From IMG/VR virus record IMGVR_UViG_3300044701_003269, positions 96,001 through 160,000 of that record: a DNA stretch of 64,000 bases; one strand, 5' to 3'. The notes under the pieces are model-generated. The model was not told the origin of the DNA. It did no database searches and saw nothing but the letters and a program-made list of their open reading frames with translations. The translations under genes were made by a program, and so were the position numbers. This document shows positions 18,934 through 30,704 of the stretch, in pieces. Origin of the DNA: a virus. Position 1 is the stretch's first letter. Every line of letters starts with the position of its first letter.

Positions 18934-20145
18934 ATGACCACCGTTTCATATTCCGACAACCAGGTCGGTTCTTTTGCGCAAAAAATCCTTGGAATTAAAC
19001 TTCTAGAGGATTCTAAATTTGCGAAACTTCGTAATATGGTTGAGGATAATCTTGACCAAGTTGAGGTCATTTATCCTGAAGGAGAATGTTCTCTCGATGT
19101 TGAAAATTTTGTTGAAAAACAAAAAAATCAAACTAATGAAAAACAAACCTATTCTGTTTCAGTTCCTGTAAATCTTATTGAATATGCTCAAGGACAAATT
19201 CGTTTAATTCAACCTAGTTTTTGTGAAGAAAATTTCACAAACTATAAATTTAAAGTAAATTTCCAGGAGTCAGAAACTCCGGTGTTTATCTTTAATGAAA
19301 AAACTGGAAGGTTTCAAGTTACTAAAAAACAACATACTACAATGCAAGCTTTGGCAATTGCATCTGCAGTAAATCCTAACATGACGATTAGGGGTCGTGT
19401 TGTTGCTTTTAACTCAGATGTTAATCAAGAAGTCCGCGATCTTGAAGCATCTAATATTTTTTACCGAGAGGTAAAATCTATCAATACCACAAAAGATTGG
19501 GAAAAACTTGAGCACCGCTGTCAACTTCATGAAGAAAGTGCTCTTCGTACTCGCTCCTTTTATCTGAGTATTCCTGGACTTACTTGGCAACCAGTTTCTC
19601 ACGCTTATCCATTGGTGCAAAATTCTAAATGCACCATCACAAAAGTTCGTGAAATGGAACGCCTTGTTGGATGGGCTATTAACGATGACCGTCTAGATGT
19701 TCTGAAGGAGATTGTTGAATCTCTTTCCACAGAAATCAATTGGGACAAAGAATCAGAATCTAAAGAAATTTCTTCATATCTTGTCAAAGCACTTTATAAT
19801 TTTGATAAGATTATGGTTCCAATCTATGAAGAAAAAACTGGTGAAACTTTCGATACAATTGAATTTATTCGCTGGTACTTTAAGAACAAAGTCCGTAAAC
19901 AATCCATGGTGATTGGTAGCACTAAAGATACTAAAGGTGCCTGGCTTCAAGTTCTTCAAGTGTGCAATCGTGTTAACAACTACATGACGAGTGAAGGTTT
20001 CGTTGAAGAAGCTTTCTTCACTTCAAAGAACAAATCTTTTGTTCAGTCTGTAATTAACCTCTGCAATGCAAATCGTAAAAAGGGAAACTTGACTCCAGAA
20101 AAAGAAATCAAAGGTCAAATTACCGCTCGCTGCGATAGTTTCTAA
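18934..20145 (+). CDS. Hypothetical protein (weak ParB-like N-terminal resemblance)
   Basis: About 403 aa ORF behind a strong promoter; FQVTKKQHT resembles the ParB-like xxDGQHx motif only weakly. Confidence 0.6.
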   Translation: MTTVSYSDNQVGSFAQKILGIKLLEDSKFAKLRNMVEDNLDQVEVIYPEGECSLDVENFVEKQKNQTNEKQTYSVSVPVNLIEYAQGQIRLIQPSFCEENFTNYKFKVNFQESETPVFIFNEKTGRFQVTKKQHTTMQALAIASAVNPNMTIRGRVVAFNSDVNQEVRDLEASNIFYREVKSINTTKDWEKLEHRCQLHEESALRTRSFYLSIPGLTWQPVSHAYPLVQNSKCTITKVREMERLVGWAINDDRLDVLKEIVESLSTEINWDKESESKEISSYLVKALYNFDKIMVPIYEEKTGETFDTIEFIRWYFKNKVRKQSMVIGSTKDTKGAWLQVLQVCNRVNNYMTSEGFVEEAFFTSKNKSFVQSVINLCNANRKKGNLTPEKEIKGQITARCDSF

Positions 20146-20201
20146 TCCAGTAACCACACTGTCACAAGGGGTCGCTACTGACCCCTTTTTTGTTCTATAA
20201 T
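20146..20201 (+). promoter_or_regulatory. Early promoter-like element B
   Basis: ACTGTCACA at 20158, hairpin AAGGGGTC/GACCCCTT plus T-run, TATAAT at 20196. Confidence 0.6.
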
Positions 20202-21025
20202 ACCTTCAGTTCTTAAAACACCATGCCTACTAAGGTCAAAAAACAACTCATCAATGTTGCACCCAAGAGTTCGAAAGCGAAGAACCGCTTTTCAAATCTG
20301 ATGGATAGACTTCACGCAATGGAAGTAGAGCAAGAGAATGAAACACAATTGTTTGTAGTTTCTATTAACCACCAATACTGCTTTTGGTTGAATAAGGAAA
20401 ATGACCCACATTGGAACATTATTAAATAGCTGTTAGTTGGAAAGTTATGGTTGCCTTACTTGCTACAACTGTAATCAGCTGCTCTGATGCTTTTAGGATT
20501 ATTAATCGCATTGGAAATGTAATCGGACTTTCATATCAACAAAAGATAGAAGTCGTTAAAGTAGTCAGCCAGCACGTTCCTTCCTGTCCTCTGAAAATTA
20601 TTTCTGATGAAAGACCAAAATCCAGTGATTGATGAAGAATCCAAAGACATAAAGTGGAATCGTGGGTTAGATTTGTTTATTGAATCAGTGCATAAACCTG
20701 ATAGTGAGTTGCGACAGTGTGCTCACAATCAAAAATGCTACAATGAGTTAATGGAAGTGCGTGCTACTGTGCTAGAATATCTAAAAACAATAAGAAGATG
20801 ACAGCACAATACATCTATCTCATCATCTTCTTTTGTGTTGGATATTTAATCGTTACAGATCAAAGTGTTGCAAGAGCAGTTGTATTTGTAACTCAAATCC
20901 TTAAGAATAAGTTTCTGGTGTTTAAGTGGTGGTTCATTCATAATCCCCGTCTTCCTTGGGCAAAGTATTCAATGTATAGAAACTCTATGAAGATGGCAGA
21001 GGATCTAATGAAAGAACTTGAGGGC

Positions 21026-21079
21026 AGACAATAAACTGTCACACGACCCATTGATTTTTCTGTCAATGGGTCTTATAGT
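21026..21079 (+). promoter_or_regulatory. Early promoter-like element B
   Basis: ACTGTCACA at 21035; TTGATT-N17-TATAGT with the -35 inside hairpin GACCCATTGA/TCAATGGGTC. Confidence 0.65.
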
Positions 21080-21103
21080 ATAAACATTGAAACACCTTTG
21101 AAA

Positions 21104-21529
21104 ATGTCTTATTCTGCCGAGGTCAAATTTTCTTTTGACGCCACATTCACGCCCTCTTATAGTTCTTCATTCTCTGATGATGACTTTATCCCAGAAGAAC
21201 ACTATTTGATTACTGCTCCTGCTGCAGATTTGAATGCAAAGCAGTATTTCAAACTGTTTGAGAAGTTTCTGCTGTGTGTTGGTATGAACCCTGCAAGTAT
21301 TCGTAGTGGTGCTATGTCTCTGGTGTTTAATGAATGGGTTATTGAAGAAGAACAGCGTAAGGTCTGTGAGGAATATGAACTGACAATGAATGAAGACCTC
21401 CACAATAGGTTCATTGAGTGGAAGAAGAATGAAGAAGAACTTGCAGAAAAGATTGCAAACTCTGTGATTGGTGCAATGGGAACTGTACTGTCTGAAGAAG
21501 AACTAACCAACTTGGAGGAAGGTAAGTGA
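21104..21529 (+). CDS. Hypothetical protein
   Basis: ORF directly downstream of promoter element B. Confidence 0.65.
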   Translation: MSYSAEVKFSFDATFTPSYSSSFSDDDFIPEEHYLITAPAADLNAKQYFKLFEKFLLCVGMNPASIRSGAMSLVFNEWVIEEEQRKVCEEYELTMNEDLHNRFIEWKKNEEELAEKIANSVIGAMGTVLSEEELTNLEEGK

Positions 21530-23713
21530 GTGATAGGTCGCAAGAGTTTATGAGTTTCGTATGGGACCAACGAAACAATCAAGGTGCTGATACTGAAGAA
21601 AAACTGGTCGCAGCTATTCTTTCCATTGCTGCCGAATATGTAGTCTCATACAACGCACAGGATGGAAGAGTTGTATTGGATAAAAATGACTTATTGCAAC
21701 TTGCTGAGGAACTAAAGCAATGAAACTGATTTCTTTTAAACACCGTGAAGATTACGGGCACGAATGGTACGTTCAAGTTCTTCATAACAAATACTGGGCG
21801 CTTCTTCAAGCATCCGTTTCTTATAATGATTTTCCGTCGTGGCCCTATATCCAAATAAAATCGGGGATGGGGTCGTTATTAAGTCTTATGGTCTGTGTTT
21901 ATAAACTGGGATTTGATATTGGTATCTGTGAGCACACTTGGAACTTTGAATACCTTAATGAACTTGATGGTGAGGAAGATGAAAAAACTTGAATTTCGTC
22001 CAGTCACAATCACTTATGTGAGGACTATGATGTTCACACCAACAGCAGAAACATTTGAAGACTGGGATGTAGAACCAACACAAGAGAGTGTTTATGACTG
22101 GGCAGTAGAAGAGTTTCTCACTACAATAGAAGAAGAAGCAAAGGATGGTGAGTGGAGAAACTTTACCATTATTACAGAAGACCAACCACCAGTAGAAGTT
22201 GAATGGGGTGAAGAAGATTATGACTGAACGAGCACAAAAAATCTGGGATACTTACATCAACGGATATTCTGAAGCACTAATGACCCCTGTGGAGAATTTT
22301 TCTACTTATTTGGATAATGATAGTAGAAAGATTATTGCTTCTGTTCTCCGTGAAGTCATCAACCAACTCCAACAAAGCCCTGGTGTGATTATGTGTGCTG
22401 ATGTGTTAGAATTGTGTGAGGAGATTGAAAACTTATGAACTCCAACATCAAAGACAATCTATTCCAAATTCAAGAGGTTGCTAACAAAGCCCTGGAACTT
22501 CATAAGAACTCCACAGAACGATTTGGTGGTGTAAATTATGCTAACCTACGAGTGGTGGATGTATGGGTGAAGTATAGTATTCACGAAGAGGATTTGGAGT
22601 ATGGTGTGCTGATTGAAGAGTGCTCACCAACTGCTTATGATTTACAGGATTATATGTTAGAATACTTGAAAGATAATCTACCTAATAATTTGGGGTGGAG
22701 CATTTATGTGGAGTTGGATTGGTAATGACTAAAACACAATCAGCATTAGAACGAGTTATTATTGAACTTGATAGTTGGTGTGATAATTGGACTCCCACAT
22801 CTTATAATGACCCTCGCATTAGTTTGAGACAGATTGCTGACCGTGCCCGTAATGTTTTAGAACAGGAGAAAACGAATGAAAGCTGCTAATGTTATCTTTT
22901 ACACTTTGGTGGGTGTTTGTGTAATGGGAATGATTTATAGTAATTCAAAACCAGACAAAACACCACAACATACTTCCACAGTTTCTGGTTCCTCTGGAGA
23001 ACTTAACTGTGGTACATCTTGCACCACTAAAAATGACCCTTGAAGAAATCCTAGAAGAATACGGACAGGAAGTATTAGATACTTACTACGAACTCTTCCC
23101 AGATAAAAACCTATCAAAGTTCCCTGACCGTTTCTGTGGCCCTGTTGGTGATTATGCTGACTTTGTGTTAGACTGTTATCATTCAACTGGTAGTGATGAG
23201 TTAGAAAGTATTGAAGACTTTGAGAACGGAGTCTTTCAAGAGTATTACTATTACTGCCACAATACCAACACTGGATTTGTATTTTATAATGAACGATGAC
23301 TGAACGCAACTTTACCAAAGAACTCTTATACACATATTATAATGATATGGAAGGTGGAGATGATGTTGAGAGTATTGACTATCGTTCTCTAATTCACATT
23401 ATCACTGAACTTTGTGATAGAATAGAGCAGTTGGAGAAGGACAATGAACTACGGAAATCTTATGATTGGAGAGGGGTATGACTGAAGAAGATAAGTATGC
23501 TCTCAAAGAGTTATTCCGTGGTTTTGGTGTATTTGCTGGTGCCTCTGCTGTCTTTATCGTTATTATTCTTGTGCTTTCTTACTTTGCCTCAGGTGGTGAG
23601 CCATTGAAACCATCTTTTGAAGTAGTTGATGAATACAAAGGATGTGATGTAGTAAGATATGCTCCACATCAGGCAGCAGAGTACAAGTATTTCCTCTATT
23701 GTGAGAAGAATAA

Positions 23714-24358
23714 ATGAATGAAGATATGCCTTGGGTCAATCTCACTCAAGAAGAAATAAAAGAACTTCGTAACAAAAAACACGAACTCACTGAATACGGC
23801 AAACAGAGATTGAAAGATCTTATGAATAATGACTTAACCTTTAAAACTAATGGGAAAGAAACATTCAGTATTCCTTCTCAAACTCTTGGAAATCTTACTC
23901 TTGGAACCAAAACACCTGAAACTAAACTTGAAGTAAAGGAAATGAGCCACGAAGAGATGTTAGAAGAGGCAGCACGAAGAGAAGCAGAAAATAAGGCACT
24001 TGCTGCTCTCGATGAACTCTATGAGAAGCACGGTGATGCTATGCTGAAACTTGCTGAGATTGAGAAGGAAGAATGGGAACGCAAAGAACGCAGTGACACT
24101 GTGCTGCGACGGTATAATCACTTCTACAATGAAGAATGTTCTGGTCTTCCTCACGGCACACCAATAACCCCAGAACATATGCAAGCAATGGCACTTGAAT
24201 GTATGATTGATGCTCTCCTTTGTGAGAATATGAATGTAGAGTATAATGCTATTGCTATTGATGATATTAAGGATTTGATTGCACGATTATATCAACAGAG
24301 TAATGAGTTTCTAAAGAGAGTACAAGAATTCAAAGATAGTGCTGATGGAGTAGCATAA
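23714..24358 (+). CDS. Hypothetical protein
   Basis: 214 aa ORF overlapping the upstream gene. Confidence 0.6.
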   Translation: MNEDMPWVNLTQEEIKELRNKKHELTEYGKQRLKDLMNNDLTFKTNGKETFSIPSQTLGNLTLGTKTPETKLEVKEMSHEEMLEEAARREAENKALAALDELYEKHGDAMLKLAEIEKEEWERKERSDTVLRRYNHFYNEECSGLPHGTPITPEHMQAMALECMIDALLCENMNVEYNAIAIDDIKDLIARLYQQSNEFLKRVQEFKDSADGVA

Positions 24359-24774
24359 TGGACCTCACATTTAGACAACACATTTTGTTATTATCTGCAA
24401 TCACGGTATTTTATGATGAGGTTGCAAAGACTGATAATTCTGAAATGAAACACGAAATTATGGAACTTGCTGATATTATCCAAGAGTCCGCAGAGAAGAT
24501 GAAAAATGCCTGAAATAGACATATCAAAAGTTCTTATAGAAGGTGATACTGCAACCATTATGGGTGTAGAATATAAAAGAATGGAGAACAAAATGAGTCG
24601 CTTCACTGAAAATCCTGATGAGATTGTGTTGAAGAATATTGATCTATTTCACCTGGAAAGTATGAATGAAAGAACACTATGGATTGGTGTATATGGTAAG
24701 GATGGTAAAATCTATCACTTAAACATTTCTGCAGATGGTGATAAACTAAAATACTATTGGAGTCAAGAGGCACC

Positions 24775-24871
24775 ATAAATAACAATACCTGTAAGTCGCA
24801 TTATAGGTGGAAAAGGTGCTTTCGGGCACCTTTTCTTATATAAATAGTATTGCGACTTACAGAGTAGAACT
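24775..24871 (+). promoter_or_regulatory. Structured nuclease leader: antisense hairpin, terminator and late promoter
   Basis: CTGTAAGTCGCA (24789-24800) is complementary to TGCGACTTACAG (24851-24862); terminator GAAAAGGTGCT-TTCG-GGCACCTTTTC at 24810-24835; TATAAATA at 24839-24846. Confidence 0.75.
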
Positions 24872-25489
24872 ATGACTTCACAAAGTCCAAGAATATACAC
24901 ATATAAGATTACCTTTGAAGAAGTTCCTTACTATTACTATGGAGTTCATAAGGAAAAAAAGTTTGATGAGGAGTATTGGGGAACACCAGTAACAAATAAA
25001 TGGTGTTGGGAACTTTATACACCAAAGAAACAAATATTGGAAGTGTTTGATTATACTGATAATGGATGGGTGGAAGCAAATAGAATTGAAAAAATAATAA
25101 TCAAACAATTTTATAATACAGATAGATGGTGTTTGAATGAAAGTTGTGGTGGGGATATTTCGTTAGATATAAGAAGAAAAACTGGTAAAATAATCGGTAA
25201 AATGGTAGGCAAGAAAAATGCTAAAAGAAACAAAGAACTTGGTGTTGCTATTTTTTCACTCACACCAGAACAATTGAGTGAAAATGGTAAAAAAGGAGCA
25301 GCAAAAGTAAAAGAACTTGGTCTTGGGATATTTGGAATGACTATGGAGCAAAAATTAAATGCCGCAAAAACTACAAACTCTCAAAGGTGGATGTGTGTTG
25401 AAACTGGTTTTATTACATCTTCTGGACCACTTACCAGATATCAACAAAAAAGAAATATAGACACTTCTAAACGAGTTAGAATATCATAA
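24872..25489 (+). CDS. GIY-YIG-like (Seg-type) free-standing homing endonuclease
   Basis: IYTYKIT...YYYGVH...YWGT...E..I...CLN; basic C-terminal repeats (GKKG, ELGLGIF). Confidence 0.7.
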   Translation: MTSQSPRIYTYKITFEEVPYYYYGVHKEKKFDEEYWGTPVTNKWCWELYTPKKQILEVFDYTDNGWVEANRIEKIIIKQFYNTDRWCLNESCGGDISLDIRRKTGKIIGKMVGKKNAKRNKELGVAIFSLTPEQLSENGKKGAAKVKELGLGIFGMTMEQKLNAAKTTNSQRWMCVETGFITSSGPLTRYQQKRNIDTSKRVRIS

Positions 25490-25490
25490 G

Positions 25491-25547
25491 GACACTTGAA
25501 GAACTGGCATAAAGGCACTTTACAGGTGCCCTTTTTGATGATATTAT
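25491..25547 (+). promoter_or_regulatory. Early promoter-like element B
   Basis: ACTGGCA at 25503; TTTACA-N17-TATTAT with the -35 inside hairpin GGCACT/GGTGCC. Confidence 0.55.
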
Positions 25548-26546
25548 ACTTTTATAAGCAACCAAACTGATGAACTACCTTTGTCTTGTTGATGGTCTTG
25601 TTGAGTATAGTAGCACCAGTTTGACTGATTTTGCTCATTACCAACTGATGTATGCCGAAGAACATCGTGATGCTAATGTAGAGTATCTTACTCTGACCGA
25701 TGAAGAGTTTGATGCTTTGTTCCCTGTGGAGGATGAAGAGTGAGACTTGAAGAACCAACAAAATGGGAATATTTCCTTGATGGTTTCCGCAACATTCTGT
25801 GTATTATTGATTGTTATAATGACGGTGATGAATGGGGTTATGATGAGTTCTGGGAAAGTTTAAGTATTGGTTGGTATAGAGAATATATCTTTCCTTATGA
25901 TGACCCATACAATCTAACTATCAGCCCAGAACGTAAGTTGAGATTAGCACAAGAACTACCAACATTTTATGTTTCAGAAGAAGCATATGATGAACTGATA
26001 GAAGCAATTAATAGTCCTCCAAAACCATCACAGGGACTGATTAACCTTATGAACCGTAAAGTACCTTGGGAAGAATGACTGATAAATCTAAAATGTTCTA
26101 CAACATTTGGTGTTGTGCTTATAACCGACGAACACTATATAAAGGAACTGCAAGAGAACACAGAGAACACGAAACCGTGAGAATGTGTTTAGATATGAAA
26201 GACGTGAAGTTCTATCAGTTTGATACAGAAAGACCGCACTACATCTAATGACCTGGCCTCAATACATCTTCCAACACCTTATACCAACTTGGTTCTTTTC
26301 CTTTAAGCATAACTTTAGGATTTGGAGTGACTTGATGACTTCAAATTATGAGAGTTATGCACTAATGCGAGAAGATGACCCAGAGGAAGAATGTAAAGAA
26401 TGGTTCTGGACTTCTCTGAATGAAGACGACACATATTCAAAAGATTTTCTTGAGTATCTACAGCAAATGGTAGATGATATTGAAAGTGGAAAGGTTAAGA
26501 CTTATACTTTAGATGAGATAAGTGACCTTTTTAAGGAGGAAGACTG

Positions 26547-26942
26547 ATGGGAATGTATGATACTATCCGTTCTTCATATGACTTGGGAGAACAATTTACA
26601 AATGTAGAGTTACAAACAAAGGATATTGAAGAATGTTATGGTGGCACAATGACTGACTACTGGATAGACCCAGCAGGTTATTTGTGGTGCGGTGATTATA
26701 CTAACACTGCTGCTATGGAAATCTATGAGGAAGGACACCCAAAGTATAATGCTGATAAGTCGTGGTTGAACTTTGAGTGGATACCTACAGGAATTCACGG
26801 TAAGTATAGAGTTCATCCAATTACAAAATACGTAGAGATTTACGCTGCTAAATGGGACGGTGAATGGGCTGACTGGCCCCGTTGCAGAATCCACTTCAAG
26901 TATGGTAGAGTGGTTGAGCACGAACATCTCCCCAGAAATTGA
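26547..26942 (+). CDS. Conserved phage hypothetical protein (MGMYD family)
   Basis: MGMYDTI...QTKD...Y.IDPAG.L motif. Confidence 0.65.
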   Translation: MGMYDTIRSSYDLGEQFTNVELQTKDIEECYGGTMTDYWIDPAGYLWCGDYTNTAAMEIYEEGHPKYNADKSWLNFEWIPTGIHGKYRVHPITKYVEIYAAKWDGEWADWPRCRIHFKYGRVVEHEHLPRN

Positions 26943-28967
26943 TTTCTACAGAACTATTCCCCTACGAAAATCACCCATACAGATTAGAGTTTGGTGAAAA
27001 GAAAAACCCTACAGTCTGTTTCTTTTCGTGTGAAGAACACTTGCAAAAATACCTCACACGGTATAAACTGGATGAGAGAACTATTAAACTTGATTACCGT
27101 GATGGAGAACCCGTTGAGTCTGGTAAAAAACAGCAGAACAGTATACAGAAAAGACCTAGAAAGACCAGTGACCGAAGTTCTGGTACAAGTAAAGGACGAA
27201 CCACCCTCGTGGATTCCCCTAGAAACACTACTAGCCCTACAAAGCGTAAGAAATGACATCCAAAACTAATCTTATTCTTGCTCTGCAGCAAGTAGAAAAC
27301 ATTGGTAATCTTGTGCGAGAGAATAACTATGAAGCATTTTTTACTTCACATCTTTTGCCTATTAAATTTGAACTTGAACGACAACTAACACTACAAAAGA
27401 ATGGAAAAGAAACTATATGATGATGCCTTCTATGTGGAGGAAAAGAAGTATGGGCTTTGGACCTCATCAGATAAAGAAGGTAATGGTATTATCACATCAC
27501 TAACTGAGGAGCAGTGTGTTAGGTCTACACGATGGTATTTGAAAGCAAAGCAGGAGGGATTTGAGGAAACGCAAACATACGATGGCGAAGTAGGAGGCAA
27601 ACTCTAAATATCAGAAGATGCCTATTCTTCGGATGGAAGAACTGCATAAAGGAGATACCGTTAAGTTTGTTGGTTGCTCCAAAGAACAGATAAACTGGGG
27701 CAACAATGATGACCCAAATAAACTACTTTTCGTTGGTGATAAGTATATCATTGAAAAAGTAGAAGTCCATTCATACCACACAAAATTGACACTTCGCGGT
27801 GTTTATGGTAGATTTAACTCAACTTGTTTTAAAAAAGTATGACTACAAGAACTTTTATTGACAAAAATGGAAACAGTTGGGAGTGGGAAGAAACTCCCGA
27901 AACTGTTGAAGCACTCAAACAATTACATAATACTGTGAAGCAAGTAAATGAACAGCAAACCACTAACGCCTGAAGAAGTCCAGGTAGCAGCAGAGCAATT
28001 CTTTCCACTATTTGATATTGTTCGCAATCGTATGCCCGAAAGTGCTACTATAGAAGACACACTGAAAGTAATGGAAACTGTCTGTGGTCTCGCACACAAA
28101 CTTCGAGCAGAGGAAGAGAAAATCAAGTTCGGATTTAATAAGAATGAAACTAACACCGAACCAGCAACTGTGGGCTGATGTGTTTAGATGTGCTGTCTAT
28201 CGGTCTAATCTTTACTTTGAAGAGAAAGACCTTGATAGGCACGCAAGAGAGCACACAACAGCAATTTTAGCACTTCAAAAGGGTGAAAAATTTTGGATGA
28301 AATTTCTGTAGAGTATCAATACCACGTTTTTGATGAAACAACTCCTTGGTATGAATGGTTAATGTATTGTGAAATCTGCCATCAATTAGACGTTCCAGGT
28401 CAACCTTCCCTGGGACGTTTTATGGCATATCGTAGATATTTAAAATCTGTTGGATTATTATAATGATTCGTAAATTTATCAAATGGTTTATCACACCTTC
28501 ACCTAAGCCTATTGTTGAAGATGTTGACTTGTATGCTAAAATTGTAGAACTTGAGAATCGGATTGCAGACCTAGAATGTGAAAATGTGGAGACATCAAAT
28601 TGTCTTTATGAACTATCAAATCATATTGAGGCAGTTGATGCTCGTATAGATATTTTGTCCGTTGAAGCATTTACAAAAAATGTATGAACTCGACGATTTT
28701 GAAAAAGCACTGTCACATTTTGGAAAAAGAGTTGAAATCATTATTGCACTTGAAATGGGTGGAAAGTTAAATGCTGAAGCTGCTTACAAGAATATTAAAT
28801 ATGAACTCAGAGAACTCAAAAAACTTAGAAAGAAGCACAACAAGGAGATGTAGTAATTGTGGTGAAGTAAAACCACTTGATGAAAATCACTACCAACCTC
28901 TAAAACATTTCAAAGAACACTTTTCGTTCTATTGCAACGAGTGTAACAAACCCAAACCCAAAGAAGA

Positions 28968-29765
28968 TTGATTATGACTGACTTTGATTATAAAAAGTAT
29001 TCACTTGAAAAACTTGAAACTTGGGTGAGAGATGCTGTGTCTTCTGCAGAAGCATCTCCGCACGAAATTTATGAAACCATCACAAAAGTTGTGAAGGACG
29101 AATACTATTACTTCAAAAACCAAACAAGTCGTCTTTATGAACTTCTTAGTTTATTGAATGGTTTTGGTAAGAGTCAATATGAATCTATTTCTGACCCTGA
29201 CTTGTGGGATACTATTAAAGATAGAGAATATTATGAAGGATGGGATTATAAATTAACTTGTGATAAAGATGATAAGTCTCCCGAGTGTCAAAAAGCCTGG
29301 AATGATTTCTGGGAAGAGAACTATTATCCTGAAGAACATTCGCAATACTCTAAAGAAACAGTAGATGATGGTATGCGTCCTTGGGGTCATAGTGATTTGG
29401 AATATCTTGCCAACTCTGTTCTAACTGAAGACCGCATTAGTAATTTTCCTGGAGAACAATACTCTGAAGAAGAACTAAACGCGATGTGTGATAGAGCAGC
29501 ATCGCAACAAGAGAAAGAAAAGTGCCGTGAATATAACCTACGGGAAGCAGAGTATTATGATAAGAGAGCAAAGCTTGACGCAGAGCAAGATAAAGTGGTA
29601 AAATGGCAACTACCTGTTGAAGTTGACGGATTAACTGGTGATTGTTTTATTCAATTCCCAGATGATTTGTTGGAAGCAGCGAATCTAAAAGAAGGCGACC
29701 AAGTAGAATGGGTTGACCTTAAAAATGGTAATTATGAATTGAGGAAAGTAAATGGCACTAAGTGA
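28968..29765 (+). CDS. Hypothetical protein with C-terminal AbrB/MazE-like DNA-binding domain
   Basis: C-terminus FIQFPDDLLEAANLKEGDQVEW. Confidence 0.6.
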   Translation: MIMTDFDYKKYSLEKLETWVRDAVSSAEASPHEIYETITKVVKDEYYYFKNQTSRLYELLSLLNGFGKSQYESISDPDLWDTIKDREYYEGWDYKLTCDKDDKSPECQKAWNDFWEENYYPEEHSQYSKETVDDGMRPWGHSDLEYLANSVLTEDRISNFPGEQYSEEELNAMCDRAASQQEKEKCREYNLREAEYYDKRAKLDAEQDKVVKWQLPVEVDGLTGDCFIQFPDDLLEAANLKEGDQVEWVDLKNGNYELRKVNGTK

Positions 29766-30240
29766 ATCCGTAGAACAAAGCTTAAAAGAAGCAGAATCAA
29801 ATTTGAGAAATGCTCTTGCATATTCTGCAAGACAAGAAAAACCTTTTGTAAGTCGTGAGATTTCGGAGATGATTTGTCGAATTGATAGTCTAATCAAAAC
29901 CGACCAACTCCTAGATACACTTGAAAATAGAATGAAAGGATTGGGTGATGATAAAGGTTCTTTTGGAACTTTCTTTAGTTAAGAACTGTTAATACACTCT
30001 AAAGACAATATTAAGAAACCGCACATCTTGCTTAAATACTGTTAGGATATGAAGACAAACGCGGGAGCAAAACAGTATGACTCTTCCATCAAGGGGACAA
30101 GAGAATCTAACAGAAGATGAATGGTATAGAATGACCGCACTTAAAAATGTAATCAATCAAAGACCAGCAGCAGTTGTCCCAGAAAAAATGGAAGAGTTTA
30201 CTGAGTATTTGGTGAGAAGTTTAAAAGAAAAGGGTGGTTG

Positions 30241-30276
30241 AATTAAAGTTACTTAGCTCCAAAGTGGACCTATAGT
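30241..30276 (+). repeat. 36-nt repeat, copy 2 (consensus)
   Basis: AATTAAAGTTACTTAGCTCCAAAGTGGACCTATAGT; TGA of ORF 30077..30241 overlaps base 1. Confidence 0.95.
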
Positions 30277-30293
30277 GTAAGCACATCATTGAA

Positions 30294-30704
30294 ATGGCAA
30301 CTCGCGGACGAATCGGACTGGAACTGAAAGACGGTTCTATTCTTTCGGTTTATCATCATTGGGACTCTTATGAATCCTGGTTGGGTCGTATTCTCACCAC
30401 TCACTACAACTCTTATGAGAAAGCTGCAGAGTTGATTGATGGTGGAGATATGAGTTCTGCGTGGACTAATGCAGGTTTCAACAATGAAACTGTCGCACAA
30501 GGTCCGCTGTATTATTCTCAACGCGGTGATGATTGCCCCCCTCGCCTTGATGCTGACCTCTGTGAGTTTCTGCTGCCTGATAATAGCGAAGAGTATGCCT
30601 ATGTCTTCCGCAATAGTGAGTGGGTATGCTATAATATGAATCAGTTTGACGACAGCAAACTGCCTGAAGTTGTTGAAATCCCTAGTGGAGCACTTGCAGT
30701 ATGA
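30294..30704 (+). CDS. Conserved phage hypothetical protein
   Basis: MATRGRIG...SVYHHWDSY..WLG..L..HY...LIDGGDMS...EEYAYVF. Confidence 0.7.
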   Translation: MATRGRIGLELKDGSILSVYHHWDSYESWLGRILTTHYNSYEKAAELIDGGDMSSAWTNAGFNNETVAQGPLYYSQRGDDCPPRLDADLCEFLLPDNSEEYAYVFRNSEWVCYNMNQFDDSKLPEVVEIPSGALAV

